6,600 nucleotides of DNA. It comes from a virus. How positions within the stretch are numbered: the first letter of the stretch is position 1; each line of letters starts with the position of its first letter. The notes under the pieces were generated by a model. The model was given only the letters and a program-made list of their open reading frames with translations. It searched no databases and was not told the origin of the DNA. This document shows positions 1 to 5,767 of this stretch, piece by piece. The DNA lies in the IMG/VR virus record IMGVR_UViG_3300045988_042155, positions 1 through 6,600 of that record; one strand, given 5' to 3'. The position numbers were made by a program, and so were the translations under genes.

Positions 1-119
1 ATTTTTTTTCCATATTTAAATAGGTTTTTTGTCGACCTCAGCAATCAACAAAGAATTCTTATCATTCAAAGCTTTATGTTTAATACGTTCACGATTATCC
101 GCGGCATAATCTGCATAGC
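1..119. repeat. Terminal redundancy of a circular genome assembly (left copy); identical to 6482..6600, so the unit length is 6481 nt
   Basis: Base-by-base comparison shows 1..119 equals 6482..6600. The duplicated segment carries the 3' end of the VP4 CDS and the start codon of a small ORF, as expected for a circular contig cut arbitrarily. Confidence 0.95.
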
Positions 120-1635
120 TGGCTTGTAAAACAAGACTATCAAACACTATCTCTAAATAAGAACGCTTCATTATATCAACATCCGTCAACGGGTAAAAAT
201 AATATATAGATAAATTCTCACGTACATAAGAATCATTAGACCATTTCTCAACTTTCAATAACTGGTCACGCAAAGAACGTTTAGCGCAATAATCATAGAA
301 AGAATGAATTGAACGAACGGCATAACGTAATTGACCAGTAAACGCAACACTACCAACAGGAGCAGTAATCCAATTTTTAACTAAATTGCGATACTGAAGT
401 AACAAACGATAAACAGCACCACAGCCACTCTCGTCAGAAAAATTGATATACAACGACAGACGACAAGCGTTATAAATTACACGAAGTTCCTCAGGAGCAT
501 AGTCTAAAGAATGGTCTACTTCCAAATAACGACGAATAAGAAAATAAACACGCTTAGAAAGTTCAAAATCACTTACTTCATCAATAAATCCGAACCTGGC
601 AACAACTTGGGGGAGTCTCGATATAATTGTTGCAACTCGTATATCATCAGCCACAGTCGCATGCTTAGACTTATTAAGTCGGGGGTATAATCGATTGATA
701 TGCGACCGCTTAGGCCTGACAATTGTAGGCTTTCCATTAAGGTCGAGCACTCTACCATCATAGAATAAAGAGAATATTTTTTCATCTTCTTCCGGTTTAA
801 AGACTTCATCAAAAGCGGATTCCGCAAAATGGACAGAAAAGCGCCCGAACGGCTTAATATACCTAGAATTCTTAAAAAAGTTGGGAAGGCACGAAGTACT
901 ATTGACATATCCCGCAACGTAACATGAAGCCGAAGACCAGACAGGTTGCGTATCTGAATCACCAAATCGCCAGCTCTTAGAAACAAACTGTCGTATACTT
1001 TGTCTGAGCTCTTTCGAGTCGTGGAAAAGTAAGATATGGAAATGCGGACGGAATGTCGTTGGTCCATATTCGCCAACAACGTAGTAGTGAATCTTTTCAT
1101 TTGTTATTCTCCTTATATTTTGAATCAAACGTTTAAAAAAAAGCTGTATATCACGATAGTTAAGATAACCGACAAGACCTTCCATATAAGGCCTATTATA
1201 AATACGCCGACCATCAGGAAAAGAAGTGTAGTGTAGATGTGCTTTCTTCTGCAACAATTGTGCAGATTCCCAAGACAATTGAGCATCAAAGTCAAAATAT
1301 TCATCATTAAATGATATATCACGGTTATAACCTTGAACAGTATTATATGAATAAACAAAATCACGAGGCAAACAACGGAAACGAACCTCACCTCTTGAAC
1401 CTTTATAAAACTCACCGACTGGCAAATATTCCGTCGAATAAGTCAAAGTAATAAACTCGCAATACTTAGAAGCAGCCAATTGAACATTACATTTCAACTC
1501 AGCCTTGATAGCTTTATTATGTATACAAAACTCACACGTACCACAAGGAACATACACAGGGTCACCTGTATATTTGTTCTTTATCACACGAGGATAAAGA
1601 CAAGAGCCATATGTTTTACTTCTATCGTTAATCAT
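16..1635 (-). CDS. VP4: Replication initiation protein (Microviridae VP4, HUH rolling-circle endonuclease), 539 aa
   Basis: ATG at 1635..1633 and TAA at 18..16. N-terminal Cys cluster (CLYP...PCGTCEFC). Rolling-circle Rep motifs: FITLTYS (motif I), RPHFHILLF (HUH motif II) and CYVAGYVNS (catalytic Tyr region). This is the typical Microviridae VP4 architecture. Confidence 0.9.
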   Translation of the reverse strand: MINDRSKTYGSCLYPRVIKNKYTGDPVYVPCGTCEFCIHNKAIKAELKCNVQLAASKYCEFITLTYSTEYLPVGEFYKGSRGEVRFRCLPRDFVYSYNTVQGYNRDISFNDEYFDFDAQLSWESAQLLQKKAHLHYTSFPDGRRIYNRPYMEGLVGYLNYRDIQLFFKRLIQNIRRITNEKIHYYVVGEYGPTTFRPHFHILLFHDSKELRQSIRQFVSKSWRFGDSDTQPVWSSASCYVAGYVNSTSCLPNFFKNSRYIKPFGRFSVHFAESAFDEVFKPEEDEKIFSLFYDGRVLDLNGKPTIVRPKRSHINRLYPRLNKSKHATVADDIRVATIISRLPQVVARFGFIDEVSDFELSKRVYFLIRRYLEVDHSLDYAPEELRVIYNACRLSLYINFSDESGCGAVYRLLLQYRNLVKNWITAPVGSVAFTGQLRYAVRSIHSFYDYCAKRSLRDQLLKVEKWSNDSYVRENLSIYYFYPLTDVDIMKRSYLEIVFDSLVLQASYADYAADNRERIKHKALNDKNSLLIAEVDKKPI

Positions 1636-1639
1636 GCTG

Positions 1640-1671
1640 CAAACATAATAACTTTATTCTAATTACGCAAT
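1640..1671 (-). promoter_or_regulatory. Candidate Bacteroidota-type promoter (-33 TTG, 20-nt spacer, -7 TAtgTTTG) directly upstream of the VP4 ATG
   Basis: The minus strand reads aTTG (1671->1668), then 20 nt, then TATGTTTG (1647->1640), then gcagc, then ATG. This matches the published Bacteroides consensus TTTG-N19-21-TAnnTTTG. The predicted transcription start would fall at or next to the VP4 ATG, giving a leaderless or near-leaderless mRNA. Confidence 0.3.
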
Positions 1672-1689
1672 ACCTTTATATAGTCATGT

Positions 1690-1763
1690 GACTTTCGCCA
1701 ATCGTGAACAAGGAAGTTTGAACCGGAAATTACAATTAATCCGGTTTGCTTCGCACGAAAGTC
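1690..1763. other. Nested stem-loop domain: an 8-bp closing helix around a 7-bp GC stem capped by a 12-nt AT-rich loop; candidate origin hairpin or RNA domain
   Basis: gactttcg (1690..1697) pairs with cgaaagtc (1756..1763). aaccgga (1721..1727) pairs with tccggtt (1740..1746). The loop on the viral (minus) strand reads ttaattgtaatt. cgtg (1703..1706) and cacg (1754..1757) add further partial pairing. Confidence 0.5.
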
Positions 1764-1841
1764 GGAGAACTACGTACCAGTAAAATTTATAAACTATACA
1801 AACCAACGCTTCGCTAAGACCCTTCCGGGGGACCACGGCTC

Positions 1842-1868
1842 CGGCCCGTGGACGGCCGACGTTTTTTT
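1842..1868 (+). terminator. Intrinsic-terminator-like GC hairpin followed by T7, on the plus strand (antisense to all genes)
   Basis: cggcc (1842..1846) pairs with ggccg (1854..1858) around a 7-nt loop, followed by acg and then ttttttt (1862..1868). A competing hairpin is ccacgg (1833..1838) with ccgtgg (1846..1851). The stem is only 5 bp and a 3-nt spacer precedes the T-run, so this is a weak call. Confidence 0.3.
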
Positions 1869-1982
1869 CATGTTCGCTCCCGCTCTCACATAGAGATTTA
1901 GGGAGCCTTGCTCCCCCCAGAGGGTCCCCCCAGCTGGCTGGACAGATAGAAAGGACAGGAAATGTAGTGAAGCAGGAGGGCC

Positions 1983-2020
1983 ATACAGAAAAGGGACCAA
2001 CCAATTAAGGTCAATCCCTT
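1983..2020 (-). terminator. Candidate rho-independent terminator just downstream of the VP2 stop codon
   Basis: On the minus strand, aaggga (2020->2015) pairs with tccctt (1996->1991), and cc (2010->2009) pairs with gg (1998->1997). A T-rich run follows (ttctgt). The element begins 23 nt after the VP2 TAA. Confidence 0.4.
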
Positions 2021-2043
2021 GAAAGGAGAGAAACAAATAAAAA

Positions 2044-3141
2044 TTAACGACCTCTATGTTGTCGCGTCCAAGAATAACCTCTATTATCATCAAAGATATC
2101 AACTGTACCACGATCAAACTGACGCTTAGACTCTTTTAACGAATTATTAGCATTTTTTAAGAAGCCAAATTTAGTAACAGAACCGACGATATTAGAAAGA
2201 CCATCAATAAGCTTACCGGCATTATTGATACCTCTATCCCAACGAGCTTTAACAGGATCTTGATACCAGCGATCCATTTTACCGGTACGATAACCGACAT
2301 CATTAGAAAATTCAGAATAACCTCGATTATAAGCAGCTTCATTCATCTTAGCAGTATTAGTAGCATCAATGATACTATCAGCGGTAGAACGCGCAACCTT
2401 ATTAGAAATATGCTGGCCAGCTGTACGAGCTTCAATCTCCAAACGAGTAGCAAGAAGATTTTTAGCCTGTTCTACTTTAAGCGAACCATCTCTAATCATA
2501 TTCCAATATTGTGCACCCATAGTAGAAAGAGCTATCTGTTTTTCCTGAGGCAAATACATATTCATAACCTCTTGAGCCTCAGAAGACAAAAGCAAACTAG
2601 CTTTTTGAGCAGTAGCAACATCAGATTGACGCTGTTTAAAATAAGTATCAGCTTCAGTATTAGCAATACGTGAAGAATAATCAGAAGCACCATACTTTCC
2701 TAACAAATCAGCTTCCGTACCAGACTTACGAGCATCAGAAAGAGACTTCATAGCACCAGCATAAGAAGCAACATCACCAATCATATTTGTAGGGGTGTAC
2801 TGGTAAGGTGTACCACCAGAACCAGAAGAACCAGAAGAGGGAGTTGCAAACGTAGACTGAGCAGAACCAGCCGAACCACCATTCATCATCAAATAAGGAT
2901 TTAAACCAGCTTCCTCTAAGCGTGCACGCTGATTTTTAGCGGAGTTCCATTCGTTCGTAGCGTCAAACATTGATCGAGCAAAATCGCGAGATTTCTGAGA
3001 TTCAGAACTTGCCCATTCGTTCTGAATACGTTGCATTTCAAGCTGATGTTTACGATTCTTAGAACCTTGCCGGTTATTTCCAATAGCATTAACGACACCG
3101 CTGGCTAAAGAACCAGCGGCACCAATAGCAGCACCTATCAT
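2044..3141 (-). CDS. VP2: Minor capsid / DNA pilot protein (Microviridae VP2), 365 aa
   Basis: The ATG at 3141 overlaps the upstream stop as ATGA. Gly/Ala-rich N-terminus (MIGAAIGAAGSLASG), then the motif typical of gokusho/alpavirus VP2 (NEWNSAKNQRARLEEAGLNPYLMM), then a Ser/Gly-rich linker and a helical C-terminal part. Confidence 0.85.
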   Translation of the reverse strand: MIGAAIGAAGSLASGVVNAIGNNRQGSKNRKHQLEMQRIQNEWASSESQKSRDFARSMFDATNEWNSAKNQRARLEEAGLNPYLMMNGGSAGSAQSTFATPSSGSSGSGGTPYQYTPTNMIGDVASYAGAMKSLSDARKSGTEADLLGKYGASDYSSRIANTEADTYFKQRQSDVATAQKASLLLSSEAQEVMNMYLPQEKQIALSTMGAQYWNMIRDGSLKVEQAKNLLATRLEIEARTAGQHISNKVARSTADSIIDATNTAKMNEAAYNRGYSEFSNDVGYRTGKMDRWYQDPVKARWDRGINNAGKLIDGLSNIVGSVTKFGFLKNANNSLKESKRQFDRGTVDIFDDNRGYSWTRQHRGR

Positions 3142-3644
3142 TCTGATTCTGAAAAAGATTGGGCAGATTGATTAGAGTTCTGTTCCTGTTGTTGTTGTTG
3201 CTGTTTAGCCAACTCAGCAGCCTGATAAGCGGCAACATCACCTTCGAGAGACTGACCTTCCGAAATCAAATATTCAAGCCAAGCTTGCATTTCAGTATAT
3301 GACTGAATATTACGGTCTTTACAATACTCCAAAAGGAACTTATCATCATAATGATTGGTATAAGGAGATGAAGAAGGACGTAAACCGTTCAAATAACGAC
3401 GTAATTGCGTTGGATTCATCTGATCAATAGCGGTTTGACCGGCAATAATACCATAATCACTGACAAACGTAAGCGAACCATCAAAATTTTTATCAAAGAG
3501 GAAATCCTCAACTGGAGATTGCTCGCGTAATACACCAGAGAGAGCAACACTGGCACAATGGACACCATGACAAGTACATTCATGTAACTGATTAGAGCGA
3601 TTAAGCGAATATTTCGCAAAACCTTTAAGAATATCTTTTTCCAT
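3138..3644 (-). CDS. Hypothetical protein, putative internal scaffolding protein (VP3-like), 168 aa, with a poly-Q, acidic C-terminus
   Basis: ATG at 3644 and TGA at 3140..3138, inside an ATGA overlap with VP2 (translational coupling). The size and the position between VP1 and VP2 fit a scaffold role. The function is positional inference only; I recognise no diagnostic motif. Confidence 0.6.
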   Translation of the reverse strand: MEKDILKGFAKYSLNRSNQLHECTCHGVHCASVALSGVLREQSPVEDFLFDKNFDGSLTFVSDYGIIAGQTAIDQMNPTQLRRYLNGLRPSSSPYTNHYDDKFLLEYCKDRNIQSYTEMQAWLEYLISEGQSLEGDVAAYQAAELAKQQQQQQEQNSNQSAQSFSESE

Positions 3645-3682
3645 AACAAAAACAATTCATTTTTTATAACAAAAACAATTCA
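3643..3682. repeat. Perfect 17-nt direct repeat (ataacaaaaacaattca) x2 with a 23-nt period, spanning the VP3-like start codon
   Basis: The copies are at 3643..3659 and 3666..3682. The first copy includes the complement of the VP3-like ATG (3642..3644). Confidence 0.9.
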
Positions 3683-3686
3683 AAAA

Positions 3687-5555
3687 TCAATACGGCATAC
3701 CATCATATGAAAGATTACGTGCAACCTTTACATCAAACTGACAATTGCAAAGCAACTGGTCCGAATTCCAAGAAGAATTAACGGCCACACCAAAAATAGG
3801 ATTAAGTACCGAGGGATTAACCTTAAACCAAGTATAAGAAAGTATAGGACTACCTTGTTCGGGCACAACGTTACCGAAAAATACGTGCATATAATCAGAA
3901 TCAACAGGAGCAACCCAAGATTTCAAAGTATCCGTAAAAGCACCACGAACAACATCAATAGATGTTTTCCAACTAATATAGCGTGGAACATAGCCGGCGT
4001 AAGAACGGGCAACAACATCACCGATAGCCTTAGAATTAACCAAAGAAAGCATAGGCAACGACTCCATACCTAAAGAATCAAACTCAGGAACAGGGAAAGA
4101 CTCACCTTTGACAGTAGTCATTAACTGTAAGTCAGGGCCTGTAGGCACGTAATCCAAAAGCGGAGTAGAATGATAAATACACATAATTATACCATGCTCT
4201 GTACAAGTAAAGGTTGACGGGTCATTAATACGTTGACCGCCTAAACCTCTACCACGAATAATAGCCTCGTCAGAAGTAAGGTTTGTATTTTCCACAGCTG
4301 AGATGTCGATAGAACCATCAAAACCGCAAATACGAGTAGAACGATGCGACTGTATAGGATTAGTTGAAACGCCGAAGTGAGCCTTAACCTGAGCAGCATA
4401 GTTTTGACCGTTCGCCTGAGCAATTTCTTTCCATTTTTGAAGAGCTTCGGCAGCGCGAAGCTGAAGAACAGAAAACTGCGAATTAATAGAACCAGCCAAG
4501 GCACCAGTCAAAGAAGAACCACTAATAGAGGCAGGGTCAGAAACAGCAGAAATAGGGCTTTTATCCGTAGCCTGAGCAAAGAGATAAGGACGTGCAGAAT
4601 CAGAAGTAGAATTAGGATAAACCGTAACCGTCTGACCATTCGAAGGAGCACCTACTACACGGCCACGGATAGCAACCTGATTTTCGATCAAAGTACCGTT
4701 TTCCTGAGCATTAACTACAGGAAGCATACCACGAACACGAGCCGTACCGGAAATAGTTACCTTAGCAGAAGAAGTATCAAAGCCAACAGAAACAGCCGCA
4801 ACATCGCCAAACTGACTGTTAGGTAAAGAACCCATCCAAAGATCTTTATTCCAGTTGGCATATCGCAACTCAAAAACTGAATCATTAGGATTCTGAGTAA
4901 ACAAATCTACAGAAGAGGCAACGGGCGTAGAATCCTCGCCATTCCAAAAGTCACAATTATAAGTCCATGGCTTATTCTTTTCCCATTGGGAATGTCTGTA
5001 ATAATCCTGATAAATCTTCTGATAAGCATAAAGGGGTAAAGCGCTACAACGAAGATTGTCAACATACTTTTCGGGTGAGGTCTCACCATATCCCAAATAA
5101 CTAACAAGTTTTTTAAAACCCTCTGAGCGAGCAAGACCAAAAAAATTATTTGGCGAGGCCGAAGACTGAACATTGCCGATAGCAGCGTTAATAGTAGACA
5201 AATCAACCCATGGCAGATTGCGGTTAAAACTAATAGAAGCAGAGCTAGAAGCAGCATAGTTAGGCTGATTCTCCATTGACATGATTGCCTCGTTACTATT
5301 ACGATAAAGCAAATGCAAAGGAACAAAAAACCATTCATAATACTCACGTATGCGGGTAAACGCGGAAGTGTCAACAGGTTGCGTACGTGCAAACCATTCT
5401 TGCGAAATATGGAACTTATCACCCGGCAAACAGAATTTCCAATAAGTAGGTAAAAGCTCACCTACCTTAGCGGTAAATGCACACTTATTAGACAGGTCAA
5501 AACCTGAACGGCGAGGTGTATTTTTAATATCACCATAAGAAAATAAACTACTCAT
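3687..5555 (-). CDS. VP1: Major capsid protein (Microviridae VP1 / F-protein family), 622 aa
   Basis: N-terminus typical of the family: RRSGFDLSNKCAFTAKVGELLP...LPGDKF...FFVPLHLLY. It also has the later conserved SVLQLRAAEALQKWKE block. This is the longest ORF. Its ATG overlaps the upstream stop as ATGA (5555..5552). Confidence 0.95.
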   Translation of the reverse strand: MSSLFSYGDIKNTPRRSGFDLSNKCAFTAKVGELLPTYWKFCLPGDKFHISQEWFARTQPVDTSAFTRIREYYEWFFVPLHLLYRNSNEAIMSMENQPNYAASSSASISFNRNLPWVDLSTINAAIGNVQSSASPNNFFGLARSEGFKKLVSYLGYGETSPEKYVDNLRCSALPLYAYQKIYQDYYRHSQWEKNKPWTYNCDFWNGEDSTPVASSVDLFTQNPNDSVFELRYANWNKDLWMGSLPNSQFGDVAAVSVGFDTSSAKVTISGTARVRGMLPVVNAQENGTLIENQVAIRGRVVGAPSNGQTVTVYPNSTSDSARPYLFAQATDKSPISAVSDPASISGSSLTGALAGSINSQFSVLQLRAAEALQKWKEIAQANGQNYAAQVKAHFGVSTNPIQSHRSTRICGFDGSIDISAVENTNLTSDEAIIRGRGLGGQRINDPSTFTCTEHGIIMCIYHSTPLLDYVPTGPDLQLMTTVKGESFPVPEFDSLGMESLPMLSLVNSKAIGDVVARSYAGYVPRYISWKTSIDVVRGAFTDTLKSWVAPVDSDYMHVFFGNVVPEQGSPILSYTWFKVNPSVLNPIFGVAVNSSWNSDQLLCNCQFDVKVARNLSYDGMPY

Positions 5556-5767
5556 TTTTCATCAAATTTAAAATTAATAACTAATTGTTTTTCTTTCTCT
5601 GAAGCAAAAACGTCAGAAGATCGTAAAGGAACAAGAGAATTTTCTTTACAACGGACAATCTCAATTTCATACAAATAGTTTTTATAATAATGAACATAAT
5701 TCTCGGGAATCCCGTCTACCAAAACATTATGAATAGACGGGAAAGAATCAAAATCAAAATTAGGCAT
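5552..5767 (-). CDS. Hypothetical protein, 71 aa from ATG 5767; the open frame continues upstream to ATG 5905 or GTG 5929, overlapping the peptidase gene
   Basis: The ATG at 5767..5765 overlaps the peptidase stop by 8 nt. The TGA at 5554..5552 sits in an ATGA overlap with the VP1 start. I recognise no homology. The start codon choice is uncertain. Confidence 0.55.
   Translation of the reverse strand: MPNFDFDSFPSIHNVLVDGIPENYVHYYKNYLYEIEIVRCKENSLVPLRSSDVFASEKEKQLVINFKFDEK

Larger units (their letters stand above)
1636..2043. other. The only large non-coding region of the genome (408 nt, about 6% of the genome); it contains the structured elements listed separately
   Basis: There is no ATG-initiated ORF of meaningful length on either strand. 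The other intergenic gaps are 42 nt or shorter. Composition shifts sharply to GC-rich between about 1801 and 1990. Confidence 0.8.

Noticed and set aside
1636-1672. dif-like XerC/D site (TTATGTT arm) near the VP4 start as a prophage integration site
   Set aside because: Only 7 nt match the XerD arm of the E. coli dif consensus, and no convincing XerC arm or 6-nt central region can be aligned. The Bacteroidales dif consensus is not something I can reproduce from memory.
1716-1726. tRNA T-loop-like GGTTCAAAC on the minus strand, suggesting a tRNA or tRNA-like gene
   Set aside because: The flanking bases do not form a 5-bp T-stem, and no acceptor, D or anticodon arms can be drawn. The motif is part of the 7-bp hairpin stem.
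1821-1828. CCGGAAGG on the minus strand, resembling the SRP (4.5S) RNA domain IV GGAA tetraloop region
   Set aside because: Only a 3-bp stem closes the GGAA loop, and the conserved flanking AGCA/symmetric-loop nucleotides of SRP RNA are absent.
1828-1861. Resemblance of the minus-strand GTCGGCCGTCCACGGGCCGGAGCCGTGG to a type I-C CRISPR repeat (GTCGCGCCCCGCACGGGCGCGTGGATTGAAAC), as a solitary repeat or RNA anti-CRISPR mimic
   Set aside because: The similarity is limited to short GC-rich words. The diagnostic 3' ATTGAAAC handle is missing, and there is no second copy or spacer structure.
1912-1937. G-quadruplex on the viral strand from the two GGGGGG runs
   Set aside because: Only two long G-tracts lie close together, and a canonical four-tract G4 cannot be assembled without very long loops.
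1801-1990. Known small self-cleaving ribozymes (hammerhead, HDV-like, twister) in the GC island
   Set aside because: There is no CUGANGA on either strand. The pseudoknot at 1833..1858 has no room for an HDV-like P3/L3 between its strands. There is no twister-like AAGC...GGAGGG arrangement. This is an inspection by eye only, and a covariance-model search is still needed.
1795-1991. Island as a transposed MITE-like element flanked by target-site duplications (atacaaa at about 1795 and atacagaaa at about 1983)
   Set aside because: The flanking similarity is only about 5 contiguous nt, and no terminal inverted repeats are present at the island edges.
1684-2117. Track ORFs 1684..2004 (106 aa) and 1794..2117 (107 aa) on the minus strand as protein genes in the intergenic island
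   Set aside because: The first starts at TTG and has no ATG anywhere. The second begins inside VP2 in another frame. Both are Pro/Gly/Ser/Arg-rich, as expected when a GC-rich segment is read at random. The only ATG-initiated piece (1871->1794, MKKTSAVHGPEPWSPGRVLAKRWFV, 25 aa, with a GGAG 5 nt upstream) is too short and featureless to call.
2260-2673. Plus-strand ORFs (1036..1236, 1480..1662, 2260..2673, 3855..4073, 4377..4826) as antisense genes
   Set aside because: All lie antisense to well-supported capsid, pilot or rep genes. Their products are low-complexity and Ser/Arg/Ile/Asn-rich, as expected for antisense frames, and none has a recognisable motif.
3186-3203. (CAA/CAG)6 trinucleotide run as a non-coding microsatellite
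   Set aside because: It is in frame within the VP3-like CDS and encodes the QQQQQQ stretch. It is a coding low-complexity tract, possibly length-variable, and not a separate feature.
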